Part shown: one piece after another, positions 19,656 through 29,572 of the stretch
Layout of the letters: each line of letters opens with the position of its first letter
Numbering within the stretch: the stretch's first letter is position 1
Source of the DNA: an uncultured Acidobacteriota bacterium
Lineage (GTDB): Bacteria > Acidobacteriota > Vicinamibacteria > Vicinamibacterales > UBA2999
NCBI GenBank assembly: GCA_963772065.1
Contig: CAVYVZ010000008.1
Span: 51,526-115,525 of the forward strand
Direction of reading: 5' to 3'
Length of the DNA stretch: 64,000 bases
The notes under the pieces: generated by a model
The model's input: only the letters and a program-made list of their open reading frames with translations
Told to the model about the DNA's origin: nothing
Database searches by the model: none
Made by a program: the position numbers and the translations under genes

Positions 19656-20311
19656 CGGTCTTCCAGCGTAAGGTAGAGCGCGTCGACGAGGGCACGGTGC
19701 TCCTCCAGCCGGACGCGGAGCTCGAGGAGAAGGACGAACAGCAGCATGAAGGCGGCAAAGCAGAACCAGAACGGGAGGCCCATCGACGTCGGCAGCGTCG
19801 GCACGACGTTGGTCGTCGGGTGGATCGTGCGCCAGTAGTTCACCGAGATGTAGATGAACGGCACGTTGGCCATCCCGAAGAGCGCCAGGCCGGCGGCGAG
19901 CTTGTCCGATCCCGGGCCGCCGTACTTCCGCACGAGCAGATACGCGACTCCGATCATCCAGCCCATGAGGCTCGACGTGAGGCGCACATCCCACTGCCAC
20001 CAGACGCCCCAGGCCTTCCGCGCCCACAGCGGGCCGGTGACGAGCGCAATCGCGCCGAAGAGCACCAGGAGCTCCGCCGCGGCCCACGCGAGCCTGTCGT
20101 GACGCGCGTCGCGACCCACGAGAAACCGCACGCTGGCATACCCGCATACGAGCGCGGCGACGAGAAACATCGACGCGGCCGGCATGTGGTAGTAGAAGAT
20201 CTTCTGGACCAGTCCCATCGTGGCCTCGAACGGCGCGCTCGCAATGAGGGCCGGCGAAATCACGAACATCAGGACGCAAACGACGGACAAAGGTCTGAAC
20301 CAGCGAGGCAT
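19652..20311 (-). CDS. ccmC: heme exporter protein CcmC
   Basis: WGVWWQWDVRL (WWD motif), conserved His residues, 6 TM. Confidence 0.9.
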   Translation of the reverse strand: MPRWFRPLSVVCVLMFVISPALIASAPFEATMGLVQKIFYYHMPAASMFLVAALVCGYASVRFLVGRDARHDRLAWAAAELLVLFGAIALVTGPLWARKAWGVWWQWDVRLTSSLMGWMIGVAYLLVRKYGGPGSDKLAAGLALFGMANVPFIYISVNYWRTIHPTTNVVPTLPTSMGLPFWFCFAAFMLLFVLLLELRVRLEEHRALVDALYLTLEDR

Positions 20312-20313
20312 CA

Positions 20314-21000
20314 CTACTCGGTCATCAGGGGTCCGAACGTCCACAACGCGAGGGTCACGAACACCGCGTCGAATGTGGCGAGCAGCATGAGCCAGAAGCG
20401 CAGCATCGCGATGTCTGGCTGAGGCTCGAGGAGCGCGGCCGTGCCGCGGACTCCCGCAATAATCACCGGAATCGTGATTGGATACAACAGCACCGGGAGG
20501 AGCACGTCCCGGCTGCGCGCGCGGACCAGCATCGCCGCGAAGAGCGTGCCGACCGCGCAGTAGCCGAGCGTTCCGGCCAGCAGGATGGCGATCAGCCAGG
20601 ACGGCCGCGCGACGAGCGCCGGCGCCTGGAACAGGAACGCGACGAGCGGCACCAGCACCGCCTCGGTCGCCAGCAGCAGCGCCATGATGCCGGCGAGCTT
20701 GCCGACGTAGATCGCCGGCCGGTCGGCGGGCGCGAGCAGCAGCGCGCGAAGCGTCTCGGACTGCCGCTCGCGCTCGAAGGTGCGGCCGAGCGCCAGCGTG
20801 CCGGCGAACGCGACGGCAATCCACAGGATGCCGGACGCGGCATCCTCCAGCGCGCGACCTTCCTTCACGAACGCCACGGAAAACACCAGGACGCATGACA
20901 CGGCGAAGAACAGCGTCGTGTAGACGATTTCCCGGCTCCGCACCTCGACCGTGAGGTCCTTGCGCAGCACAATCCACGCGACGCGCGCGAATGCGGTCAT
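20314..21000 (-). CDS. ccmB: heme exporter permease CcmB
   Basis: 228 aa, 6 TM, family-typical FERERQSETL motif. Confidence 0.85.
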   Translation of the reverse strand: MTAFARVAWIVLRKDLTVEVRSREIVYTTLFFAVSCVLVFSVAFVKEGRALEDAASGILWIAVAFAGTLALGRTFERERQSETLRALLLAPADRPAIYVGKLAGIMALLLATEAVLVPLVAFLFQAPALVARPSWLIAILLAGTLGYCAVGTLFAAMLVRARSRDVLLPVLLYPITIPVIIAGVRGTAALLEPQPDIAMLRFWLMLLATFDAVFVTLALWTFGPLMTE

Positions 21001-21707
21001 GCGCGCGCTCTCTCCATCGCCGTGCGATAGGCGTCGCGGAGCGCGCCGCTGCCGTGCATCTCCTCGACCATGCGGCCGTCGCGAATGAAGATCACCTGGT
21101 CGAAGAGGCCCTCGGCGACGTCGAGGTCATGGGTCGCGAGCACGACAATCGCGCCCTGGCCGCGCAGCGCCCGCAGCCGCGTCACGAGCGCCGCGAGCGA
21201 AGCATCGTCGAGGCCCGTGAACGGCTCGTCGAGGAGCACCAGACGCGGATCGTGCACGAGCGCGCGCTCGAGAGCGACGCGCTGGCGCATGCCGCGCGAG
21301 AAGCTGGAGACCGGATCGCCGGCGCGGTCGGCGAGGCCGGCGCCCGTGAGGGCGCGGTCCGCCGTCGCGCGGGGGCTGCGGTCGCCGTACAGCTCCGCGA
21401 AGAAAGCCAGGTTCTCGCGCGCCGTGAGCTCGGGGTACAGATAGAGGTCGTGTCCAAGGAGGCCGATGCGCGCGCGGAGGGCGGCACCCGCGCCCGCGGC
21501 GTGAGACCCGTAGCGCACGCCTCCCGCGCTCGGCTCGAGGAGGGTCGCGAGAATCGCGAGCAGGGTCGACTTCCCGGCTCCGTTCGGTCCAAGCAGGCCG
21601 ACAATCGATCCGCCACGGGCGACGAACGAGATCCGCGAGAGCGCCTTGCGTCGGCCGAAGTGGCGCGAGACGTCCTCGACCGCCACTTCGTCGAAGTCGA
21701 GACTCAC
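20997..21707 (-). CDS. ccmA: heme exporter ATP-binding protein CcmA
   Basis: GTG 21707 (GTGA overlap). Walker A GPNGAGKST, signature FSRGMRQR, Walker B LVLLDEP. Confidence 0.85.
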   Translation of the reverse strand: MSLDFDEVAVEDVSRHFGRRKALSRISFVARGGSIVGLLGPNGAGKSTLLAILATLLEPSAGGVRYGSHAAGAGAALRARIGLLGHDLYLYPELTARENLAFFAELYGDRSPRATADRALTGAGLADRAGDPVSSFSRGMRQRVALERALVHDPRLVLLDEPFTGLDDASLAALVTRLRALRGQGAIVVLATHDLDVAEGLFDQVIFIRDGRMVEEMHGSGALRDAYRTAMERARA

Positions 21708-22918
21708 GCGGCAGCCTCGGGGTCGTCGAGCTCGCCGTACACGCGCTCCAGCTGCGACAGCAGATGTCGCCGTCTCACCTGGTAGCGCTCGTCGTCGATG
21801 CGGCCCGCGCGGCGTTGCTCCTCCACTTTCACCAGCTCGCCGTACAGCGAGTCGCGATGCGCCACGAGCCGCCGGCGCTCGTCGCGCCGATCGTCGCGGC
21901 GCAATGCGAGCCACACCCCGACGGCGACGACTAACGCGGCGATGCCGAGGGCGACGTTTCGCGGCCAGGTGCTGTGGTGCGGCAGGTTCGTCAGCTGGAT
22001 CGTCAGCTCCGATCCAGCGGCGAGGGCGCCGCCGCTGGCGCTCTGGAAGGGTGTGCCGTCTGCCGTCTTCACCTCTCCGCGATCGGGTAGTTGCGGCGAC
22101 GTGAGCTCGAGAGCGCCGACTTTTTCCGCGAATACGGCAACCCGCTGCAGCGGCACAGGAAATGTCTGCCGGACGGTTGCGGCACCGCCGTCGTAGAGAA
22201 GCTGAAAACCGATCTGGATCGACGACGTGCCGGGCGGAAACGGACCGGCAATCGTGACGCGATCGCCCTGCGCCGTGGCACCGGCGAACGAGCCCTGCAT
22301 CACGCGCACGCCGCCGGCGCCGGCCGGCAGATCGACGATCAGCGGTCCTCCGGTGTCCACGCGCGTGCGAGCCGTGTTCACGACATCGAGCAGGTAGAAG
22401 ACGCTCAGCGCGTCGTTCTGGAATTCGAAGACGAATCGCGAGTCGCTCCCGAAGACCACCGACCCTCTCACGGCCGGCGCGCTCGCGGCGTCGGCGGCCT
22501 CCTTGTCGCGGCGCGCGCGCGCCCGCTCGAGACCGGCGATGAGGATGACGCGGACGCCTCCGCTGCCGGGCACCTGGAACGGCTGCGACGTCAGCGATTC
22601 GCCATCGACGACGGCATGGGCCGTGGCGCTCGCGCCTTTGGGCAGCCCGGTGATCCGTACGCGGCCGGAGTCGTCTGTTGTCGCCTTGCGCGTCGCGCCG
22701 CCGGCGGAAACCGTGACCTCGTGGCCGATGATGTTGTTGCCGAGAGACTCGCGTACGAGCCGCACCGAGACGTCGCCGTCCGGCAGTTCGGGAGCCGGAA
22801 GCGCCCGTCCGGCGATCTGCGACGGATCCGGCATGTTGATCTGCGCCAGCAGATGGCCCAGGGCCCAAGGCTCGAGCCCCAGGGCCCAAAGCCCAAGGCC
22901 CAGGGCCCAAGGCCTCAT
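21704..22918 (-). CDS. CarboxypepD_reg-like domain membrane-anchored protein embedded in the ccm cluster
   Basis: Signal peptide MRPWALGLGLWALGLEPWALG encoded by a heptamer array. Ig-like VSVRLV...GHEVTV...TDDSGRVRITGL. C-terminal TM plus charged coiled tail. Confidence 0.6.
   Translation of the reverse strand: MRPWALGLGLWALGLEPWALGHLLAQINMPDPSQIAGRALPAPELPDGDVSVRLVRESLGNNIIGHEVTVSAGGATRKATTDDSGRVRITGLPKGASATAHAVVDGESLTSQPFQVPGSGGVRVILIAGLERARARRDKEAADAASAPAVRGSVVFGSDSRFVFEFQNDALSVFYLLDVVNTARTRVDTGGPLIVDLPAGAGGVRVMQGSFAGATAQGDRVTIAGPFPPGTSSIQIGFQLLYDGGAATVRQTFPVPLQRVAVFAEKVGALELTSPQLPDRGEVKTADGTPFQSASGGALAAGSELTIQLTNLPHHSTWPRNVALGIAALVVAVGVWLALRRDDRRDERRRLVAHRDSLYGELVKVEEQRRAGRIDDERYQVRRRHLLSQLERVYGELDDPEAAA
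22856..22914. repeat. tandem heptamer array E3 (GCCCARG x8) inside coding sequence
   Basis: 8 consecutive 7-nt units with a central CTCGAG. On the minus strand it encodes the (WALGxxx) signal peptide of the 21704-22918 gene. Confidence 0.85.
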
Positions 22919-22925
22919 CACGCCT

Positions 22926-23534
22926 TTAGCCGTGAGCCTTGAGCTCTGAGCTTTCATTGAGCTGCTGACCGCAGGCTTTGCAGAACCGCGCGTCGCTGTC
23001 ATTCGCCGTACCGCACGCGCAGGACGATCGGAGGCGGGCAGGCGGGACCTTCAGTCGGGTGGCGAGCTCACGCTCGATCTCGCTGCGGTATCCCGCGCCG
23101 CGATCGAGCTGCCGCAGCAGACCGGAGGCGCGGGCGCGCAAGCGCGCGCTCACCTCCGTAAAATCGCCGTCCGCCACTTTCCCCATTGCCCGATCGAACT
23201 CGAGATCCTTGATGGCGCGCAGCACCAGCGTCTTCTCGCGCTCGAGCGCATTGCGCGTCCGTCCGCCGAGGAGCTGCCCGCCCCGCGCCCGCTGCTCGCC
23301 CCCGAGCGGACCAAGCATCCGCCAGGCGGCGATGCCCACGCACGCCGCCGCGCCGACGATCAGGCTGAGGAGAACGACGGCGGCCGGAGTGGCCTCCCGC
23401 GTCACGAACACGACGGCCGTGGCGCCGGCCAGCCCCGCCAGCGTGAAGAACTGCCAGGGCTGGAGTTGCTCGTGCGAGGGCGCGGCATCCGCCGCGTCAC
23501 CCTCGCGTCGATCAATCGAGGCTTCGGAGCTCAT
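22926..23534 (-). CDS. two-TM membrane protein with C-terminal zinc-ribbon
   Basis: TM helices FFTLAGLAGATAVVFV / VVLLSLIVGAAACVGIAAW; CACG...CKACG zinc-ribbon at the C-terminus. Confidence 0.5.
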   Translation of the reverse strand: MSSEASIDRREGDAADAAPSHEQLQPWQFFTLAGLAGATAVVFVTREATPAAVVLLSLIVGAAACVGIAAWRMLGPLGGEQRARGGQLLGGRTRNALEREKTLVLRAIKDLEFDRAMGKVADGDFTEVSARLRARASGLLRQLDRGAGYRSEIERELATRLKVPPARLRSSCACGTANDSDARFCKACGQQLNESSELKAHG

Positions 23535-23991
23535 CGTCCAGGCGCTCGTCGACCTCGGAATCGAATCCGGGGCCGGCGCCTCCCGCAGGTACCGGGGTCG
23601 CGGTATGCGACCAGCGCCGTGCCATCACGGCAATGACGACCAGACCCGCAACGCCGAAAGCGTACGGGACGATCCACGCCAGACGGTTGAAGCCGCGATC
23701 GATCGGGGCGGCGAGAATCGACTGGCTGCCGAACTCGTCGACGAACGCGGCAATCACCGCGTCGTAGTCCTTTCCCGCCGCGAGGTGCGCCTCGAGCTTG
23801 GCCCGCTGGCTCTCCTCTCCGTGGCAGCGCATCATCGGGCAATTGCTCAATGAGCTCTTGCAGCCGCCGCAGCTGCAGAGAATCTGGTCTTCGAGCTTTC
23901 GCTGCAGCTCGGTGCGATGGAGCGGCGCGACGTCCTGCGCGGTCTGCGACTGCGCGGCAGCGGGCCACGTCACCAGCGCGAGAGCGAGCAT
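23512..23991 (-). CDS. ccmH: CcmH/NrfF-like thiol-disulfide protein; in frame with and not separated by a stop from ccmF
   Basis: Internal ATG 23991 gives signal-like MLALALVTWPAAAQ, then LCSCGGC (CxxC), ...AGKDYDAVIAAFVDEFG..., C-terminal TM. Confidence 0.7.
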   Translation of the reverse strand: MLALALVTWPAAAQSQTAQDVAPLHRTELQRKLEDQILCSCGGCKSSLSNCPMMRCHGEESQRAKLEAHLAAGKDYDAVIAAFVDEFGSQSILAAPIDRGFNRLAWIVPYAFGVAGLVVIAVMARRWSHTATPVPAGGAGPGFDSEVDERLDDELRSLD

Positions 23992-25981
23992 CGATGTCGT
24001 GGCCGCTCCCGCCGGTATGCGCGCCGTGGCGAAGGCGAACGCCTGCTCGGGCAGCAGCGCGATGAAGATGCCGAGCGCCATCATGCCAAAGCCTGCCCAG
24101 ATCCAGTTCACGAGCGGATTGACGTAGATCTCCATGCTCGCGGCCTGGTCCTCGAGCTGGAACGCGCCGAGCGCGATGTACAGGTCCTCGGCGAATCCAC
24201 GCCGGATCGCCACCTCCGTGGTCGGTTGCTCCTCGTGCTTCCGGAAGAACCACTTCGCCGGGTACATCCGATCGAATTCGCGACCGTCTCTGAACACCGT
24301 CGTATGGGCGGTGACCATCTGCTTCGCGCCGTCGTCCGAGACGCGCAGCGCGTCGAGTCGCACGGTGAAGTCGCTCACCGTCGTTTGCTGTCCCGGCTTC
24401 AGGAGGACCTCTTCCCGCAGCTTGTAGCCTTCACCGGCGAAGCCGAGAAAGATGAGCACGATTCCAAGGTGGACCACGTAGCCGCCGTAGCGCCGCTTGT
24501 TGCGACCGACAAGACCGATCATCGCGGTGAGGACGTCGGTGCCCGTGTTCGCCTGCCGAACGCGCGCGCCGTGCCAGAACTCCTGTGCGACGGTGCCGGT
24601 CACGAAGCCGCAGAGCGCCCAGCAGATGCCGGACGTCCAGACCCGCACGCCGAGCGCGACGCAGCGTGCCCGACACGGCGAGGCCGACGGCGACGGGAAA
24701 GAGAAACTGATCGCGCAGGCTGATGAGCGTCGACTTCCGCCAGGCGAGCAGCGGGCCTACACCGGTCAGGGCCAGCAGCACGAGACCGATCGGCAGCATG
24801 AACTTGTTGAAGAACGGCGGACCCACCGTGAGGCGTTCTCCGGTCACGGCCTCGGAGATTGTCGGGAACAGCGTCCCGAAGAGGATGAAGAGCGCCGCAC
24901 TGACCAGGATCCAGTTGTTGACCATGAACGCCGCTTCACGGGAGAGCACGGAATCGAGCTCGTTGCGCGCCTTCAACAACGGCAGGCGGTAGACGACGAA
25001 CCCAAAGCTGACGACGAGGATCGTCACCATGAAGATCGTGAAGAGGCGCGTCAGCTCCGGATCCTCGCCGAACGCGTGCACCGACTGCACGACCCCCGAC
25101 CGCGTCATGAACGTGGCGAAGATCGTGAGGAAGAACGTCAGAATGACGAGCGAGACGTTCCAGATGCGCAGCATGCCGCGCCGCTCCTGGACCATCACCG
25201 AGTGGAGAAAGGCCGTTGCCGTGAACCATGGCAGCGAGCCGGCGTTCTCCACCGGATCCCACATCCAGTAGCCGCCCCAGCCGAGCTCTTCGTACGCCCA
25301 GATCATCCCCAGCCCGAGCCCGACCGAGAGAAAGAGCCACGCCATCATCGTCCAGCGACGCACGGCGCGAAGCCACGAGTCGTCCAGGTACCCGGTGATC
25401 AGCGCCGCCATGCCGAAGGCGTACGGAATGGTGAGCCCCACGAAGCCGAGGTACAGCGTGGGGGGATGAATCACCATGTAGAAGTTCTGCAGCAGCGGAG
25501 TCAGCCCCTGGCCGTCGGCGTGCGTCTCGGTCAGGTAGGTCGAGAACGGATTGTTGTGAATGATCGTGAGGTACAGGAAAAACATCTGCACGACCGCGAT
25601 CACCGCGACGACGTACGGAATCAACTCGCGGTGACGCTCCCTGTTCACGCGGACCGCGACGCTGCCGAAGATCGCCAGCAGCGTGATCCAGAACATGATC
25701 GAGCCGTCGAGTCCGCCCCAGTACCAGGTGATCTTGTAGAACAGTGGCAGCGCCGAGTCTGAGTAGCGCTGGACGTACTTGATCGCGTAGTTGCCGACGA
25801 CGAAGGCGTGGATGATGACGCCGGAGGCGACGAGCATCAGCGCCGTCACGAGATGAAACGCGCCGATGCCGCTCTCGGTGAGGCGCGTGGAACGCCGGCG
25901 CGCGCCCGCGACGGAGATGGACGCGGCATATGCCGCGGTGACAAACGCGGCGAGGAGAATGAAGGAACCGAGCGAGGCCAT
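23992..25981 (-). CDS. ccmF: cytochrome c heme lyase CcmF, one apparent frameshift, C-terminally continuous with the CcmH domain
   Basis: [12 protein letters not shown] (WWD), conserved His, more than 12 TM. Frame changes near GGG (minus) 24669-24671; removing one G joins ...[18 protein letters not shown]... Confidence 0.85.
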
Positions 25982-25990
25982 GGGCGGCCT

Positions 25991-26404
25991 CTACTCGGTG
26001 CCGGGAGCGCCGGGCTTTGGTTCGTACTTCGAGGGGCACTTCGCCATCACGCCATCTTTCTCGACGTGGAAGCCCTCCGGCGAAAGGCGGCCCTTCAACA
26101 CGACTTCAGCCTCGTCCTTGAACGTATCCGGCACGACGCCGCTGTAGCTCGCGCGAACCACGTGACCTTTGCTCTCGACGTCGAAGCGCCAGTCGAGCGA
26201 ATTGGGCCGGCGGTGGATGGACTTCGGGACGACGAAGCCGTGAAGCTGAAGGTTCTTCCCGTGCCACGCATCGGGGTCGACCATCACCTCGTCCACGTGC
26301 TTGTAGTACGCAGTGCCTTCGCTCAGCGCGGAATACAGCAGGCCGCCGAACGCGGCCACGAGCACCGCCGCCGTGAGGCCAATTCTGACCGCTTTGTGTT
26401 TCAT
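25991..26404 (-). CDS. ccmE: heme chaperone CcmE, Cys variant (AKCPSKY instead of AKHxxxY)
   Basis: ATG 26404 MKHKAVRIGL; TM anchor, OB-fold core (LQLHGFVV, VRASYSGVVPDTFKDEAEVVLKG). TGC codon at 26048-26046 at the heme-His position. Confidence 0.85.
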   Translation of the reverse strand: MKHKAVRIGLTAAVLVAAFGGLLYSALSEGTAYYKHVDEVMVDPDAWHGKNLQLHGFVVPKSIHRRPNSLDWRFDVESKGHVVRASYSGVVPDTFKDEAEVVLKGRLSPEGFHVEKDGVMAKCPSKYEPKPGAPGTE

Positions 26405-26550
26405 AAATAAGGCTTTGCAGGAATCTGCAAGGCTCAGGATAACCCCCGTGAGGGGGCGGGTCAATGTCGGGCTGTACGGGCGCGCCGGCGGATCAACCGC
26501 CGATTCGACGCCTCGACAGTGAGCTCGGCGCGTTGAGATTGGCTCCGTCG

Positions 26551-27243
26551 CTACGCGATTCGCGCGAAGACAGCGGCGACGATGCGATCGCAGCGCGTTT
26601 GATGGAAGGTGAACGCGTTTTCGGCCGCCAGCCCGGCCCGGTCGAAGAGATCGCGGCGCAGCGCCGCCTTCGCCCTCGAGAACCGGGTCTTCACGGCGTC
26701 GTCGCTGACGCCGAGAACCTGGGCCGTTTCGCTGGTGCTGAGCCCCTCGATCTGCCGCAGGACGAAGGCCTCGCGGCAGCCGTCCGGCAGATCGTCCACG
26801 GCCGCCTCGAGCAGCGCTCCGAGCTCGCGGCCGAAGGTCTCTCGCTCGGGATCAGGCACCCCACTCGTCGCCATCAATGGCTCCACGTTTTCGGCCGAGT
26901 CGATCTCGAGCGGCTCGTACCGGCCCTGGTGGCGTGCGCGCGCAATCGCCTCGTGCACGGCAATCTTCGTCAGCCATGTCGAGAATTTCGCGCGGCCTTC
27001 GAACTGCCGAAGGTGCGCGTACGCGTTCACGTATGCCTGCTGCATGACGTCCTCGGCTTCGCGATCGTCCCGCACGATGGCGCGCGCCGCGCGGTACAGC
27101 CGCTGGTTGTGCCGCCGCATCAGGACCTCGAAGAGCGCCGTCTGGCCCTGCACCACCTGAGCCACGATCTGCTCATCGGTGAGCTCGGTCCAGCGGTCGA
27201 GAACCGGTCCGCTTACCACGTGCATTGCAATCTCCTCAGTCAT
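26551..27243 (-). CDS. ECF-type RNA polymerase sigma factor with C-terminal extension
   Basis: Region 2 (DVMQQAYVNAYAHLRQFEGRAKFSTWL) and region 4 (LPDGCREAFVLRQIEGLSTSETAQVLGVS) plus about 45 extra C-terminal residues. Confidence 0.8.
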   Translation of the reverse strand: MTEEIAMHVVSGPVLDRWTELTDEQIVAQVVQGQTALFEVLMRRHNQRLYRAARAIVRDDREAEDVMQQAYVNAYAHLRQFEGRAKFSTWLTKIAVHEAIARARHQGRYEPLEIDSAENVEPLMATSGVPDPERETFGRELGALLEAAVDDLPDGCREAFVLRQIEGLSTSETAQVLGVSDDAVKTRFSRAKAALRRDLFDRAGLAAENAFTFHQTRCDRIVAAVFARIA

Positions 27244-27330
27244 ACAGAGTACCAAGCGATGAAAAGGTGACGTCAATTGAGTGCTGTCACGTTTGGGGCG
27301 TTCACGACTCCGTTCGATGGAGGCATACGC

Positions 27331-28661
27331 ATGCACACCCGACGCTTCGCCGTCGCGGTCCTCCTGTGGACCTGCGGACTGGGCGCCATCGTGGCGTACC
27401 CCACTCTCACGCGCGCATCATCGCAAGCCAACGAGCGAGGCCTCGTAGCCGCGACGGCTCATGCCGCCAAGCTGATCAAGCAGGGTCAACGCATCTTCCG
27501 TTATGACACGTTCGGCGACGAGCAGTTCTGGGGCGGAGAGCTTCAGCTGCATCGCGCCATCGCGGGTGCCCGGTTTGGCGGGGTCGGCCCCGGCCTCAGT
27601 CCGGCGCAGGCGCTGGGCGTCGGGTTGAAAGTGGACTCCGACGCACTACCCTCCGAGCTGCTCCGTGCGATTCGCGCAGGAACGGTCAACTTGAAAGATC
27701 CCGCGACCACGCTGACCCTCCTGCGGCTCAACTCGGTCGTGGGTCTGACCGGCTTCTTCGATGGCCCACGCCTCTCGTCAGTGGGCATACAGTGCTCGCT
27801 CTGCCACTCCGATGTCGACAACCGGGTGGCGCCGGGCATCGGCCGGCGGCGGGACGGGTGGCCGAACCGCGATCTGAATGTCGGCGCGATCATCGCTCTT
27901 GCGCCGGATCTCTCGCCGCTCACATCACTCCTCGGCCTGAGCGATGCAACTCTGCGATCGGTGCTCAAGAGCTGGGGCCCCGGGCGATTCGACGCGTCGG
28001 TGATTCTCGACGGCAAGGCGTTTCGTCCCGACGGAAAGACGGCGGCGGTCATGATTCCCGCGGCGTTTGGTCTCGCCGGCGTAAACCTGCACACGAACAC
28101 GGGGTGGGGCGGCGTGTCGCACTGGAACGCATTCGTCGCGAACCTCGAGATGCACGGCCAGGGCACGTTCTACGATCCGCGTCTGAACGACGAGGTCCGC
28201 TTCCCCGTGGCGGCCCGCGCCGGGTTCGGCAACGTGCGCGCGGAGCGCGACCTGATCACGTCGAAGCTGCCGGCACTCCAGCTCTATCAGCTGGCCCTCG
28301 AGGCGCCGAAGCCGCCGGAGGGGAGCTTCGATCGAGAGGCGGCGAGGAACGGGAAGCGTGTGTTCAACGGCCGCGCGCGGTGCGCGACTGCCACGTTCCG
28401 CCGATCTTCACCGAGCCTGGCTGGAACATGCACACGGCGGCCGAGATCGGCATCGACGATTTTCAGGCGCAGCGCGCGCCGGATGGCCACTATCGCACGA
28501 CGCCGCTCCGTGGCCTCTTCACGCGGCTGAAGGGTGGCTTTTACCACGATGGGCGCTTCAAGACGTATGACGCCGTCGTGGACCACTACCAGCGTGTGTT
28601 CGGCCTGGGGCTCAGCGCGGACGAACGGCGGAATCTCGTGGAGTACTTGAAATCGCTGTGA
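27331..28661 (+). CDS. di-heme cytochrome c (peroxidase/MauG-like family), apparent -1 frameshift in the second heme motif
   Basis: Signal peptide; first CSLCH. Second motif reads RCATAT.. in frame 1 and ..DCHVPPIF in the next frame; adding one base near A 28387 gives CA(N/D)CH. Confidence 0.7.
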
Positions 28662-29215
28662 GCCCGAGCTCGCGCAGCATCGCGTAGACGAGAGCCACCG
28701 GGAGACCGACGACGTTCGAGGACGAGCCGTCGATACGGGTGACGAAGCGGGCGGCCAGCCCCTGGACGGCGTAGGCGCCCGCTTTGTCGAAGGGCTCTCC
28801 TGTTGCGACGTACCACGCAACCTCCTCTTCGGAGAGTGGCGCGAACTCTACGTCGGTCACCGCAACCCGCGTCAGCATGCGCGCTGCCCGCGCGAGCGTC
28901 GACCGCCGTCAGCACCTGATGGCGCCGCGCCGACAGAAGCCGCAGCATACGCGACGCATCGGCCGCGTCGTTCGGCTTGCCGAGGATGTGATCGTCCGCG
29001 ACGACGGTGGTGTCGGCTGCGAGCACGACGCGGTCGCCCGCGTCAGCAAGAACGGCGCGCGCCTTGGCGTCCGCCACACGCCGCACGTACTGTTCGGGCG
29101 ATTCGCCGACGTGGACGGATTCATCGACGTGTGCGGGCTGGACGTCGAATTCGAGTCCCGCGGCACGCAGCAGCTCGGCGCGCCGCGGCGACGCCGACGC
29201 GAGCAGAAGCGTCAT
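28612..29215 (-). CDS. maf: Maf-family nucleoside-triphosphate pyrophosphatase, apparent frameshift
   Basis: [16 protein letters not shown]..., then second-frame [41 protein letters not shown] (minus) 28887-28889 is the likely site. Confidence 0.8.
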
Positions 29216-29226
29216 AATGTGAAGCG

Positions 29227-29559
29227 ATGATACCGGTTCAACGGCTGGTGCCGGAGGCGCTTGCCGAGGTGCTTCGAAAGGCGCCGCTGAGCGCCGAGAA
29301 GGTGGCATTCGCCTGGCGCACGGCCGTTGGTGCGTCAGTCGATCGGGTCAGCAGCGTTCGTCTGGATGGCCACACGCTGCGGGTCCGCGCCCGGGACGCG
29401 AGCTGGCAGCGCGAGATCGAGCGCTCGGCGTCGCTCATCTGCGCGCGTCTCGACGCGCTCCTGGGAAAGGATGTCGTCCGCGGTCTGGACGTCAGTTTGG
29501 GGTCTGGCCCCTATGGTGCCAGGTCTCCCCAAGAACCCTCAGGAGGCCTGGCACCATAG
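29227..29559 (+). CDS. DUF721 (DciA-like) protein; 3' end runs into hairpin E4
   Basis: [40 protein letters not shown] pattern typical of DUF721. Last about 20 aa encoded by the repeat. Confidence 0.6.
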   Translation: MIPVQRLVPEALAEVLRKAPLSAEKVAFAWRTAVGASVDRVSSVRLDGHTLRVRARDASWQREIERSASLICARLDALLGKDVVRGLDVSLGSGPYGARSPQEPSGGLAP

Positions 29560-29572
29560 GGGCCAGACCCCA
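29498..29572. repeat. perfect 26-bp inverted repeat hairpin E4
   Basis: TGGGGTCTGGCCCCTATGGTGCCAGG (29498-29523) / exact reverse complement (29547-29572). 23-nt loop contains AGGAGG. The last arm base is the A of the thiolase ATG. Confidence 0.9.

Noticed and set aside
23512-25981. Calling ccmF, aroA, maf and the others true pseudogenes
   Set aside because: Every disruption is a 1-nt change in a short homopolymer, and the flanking frames encode intact conserved sequence. Sequencing error is more parsimonious until reads are checked.
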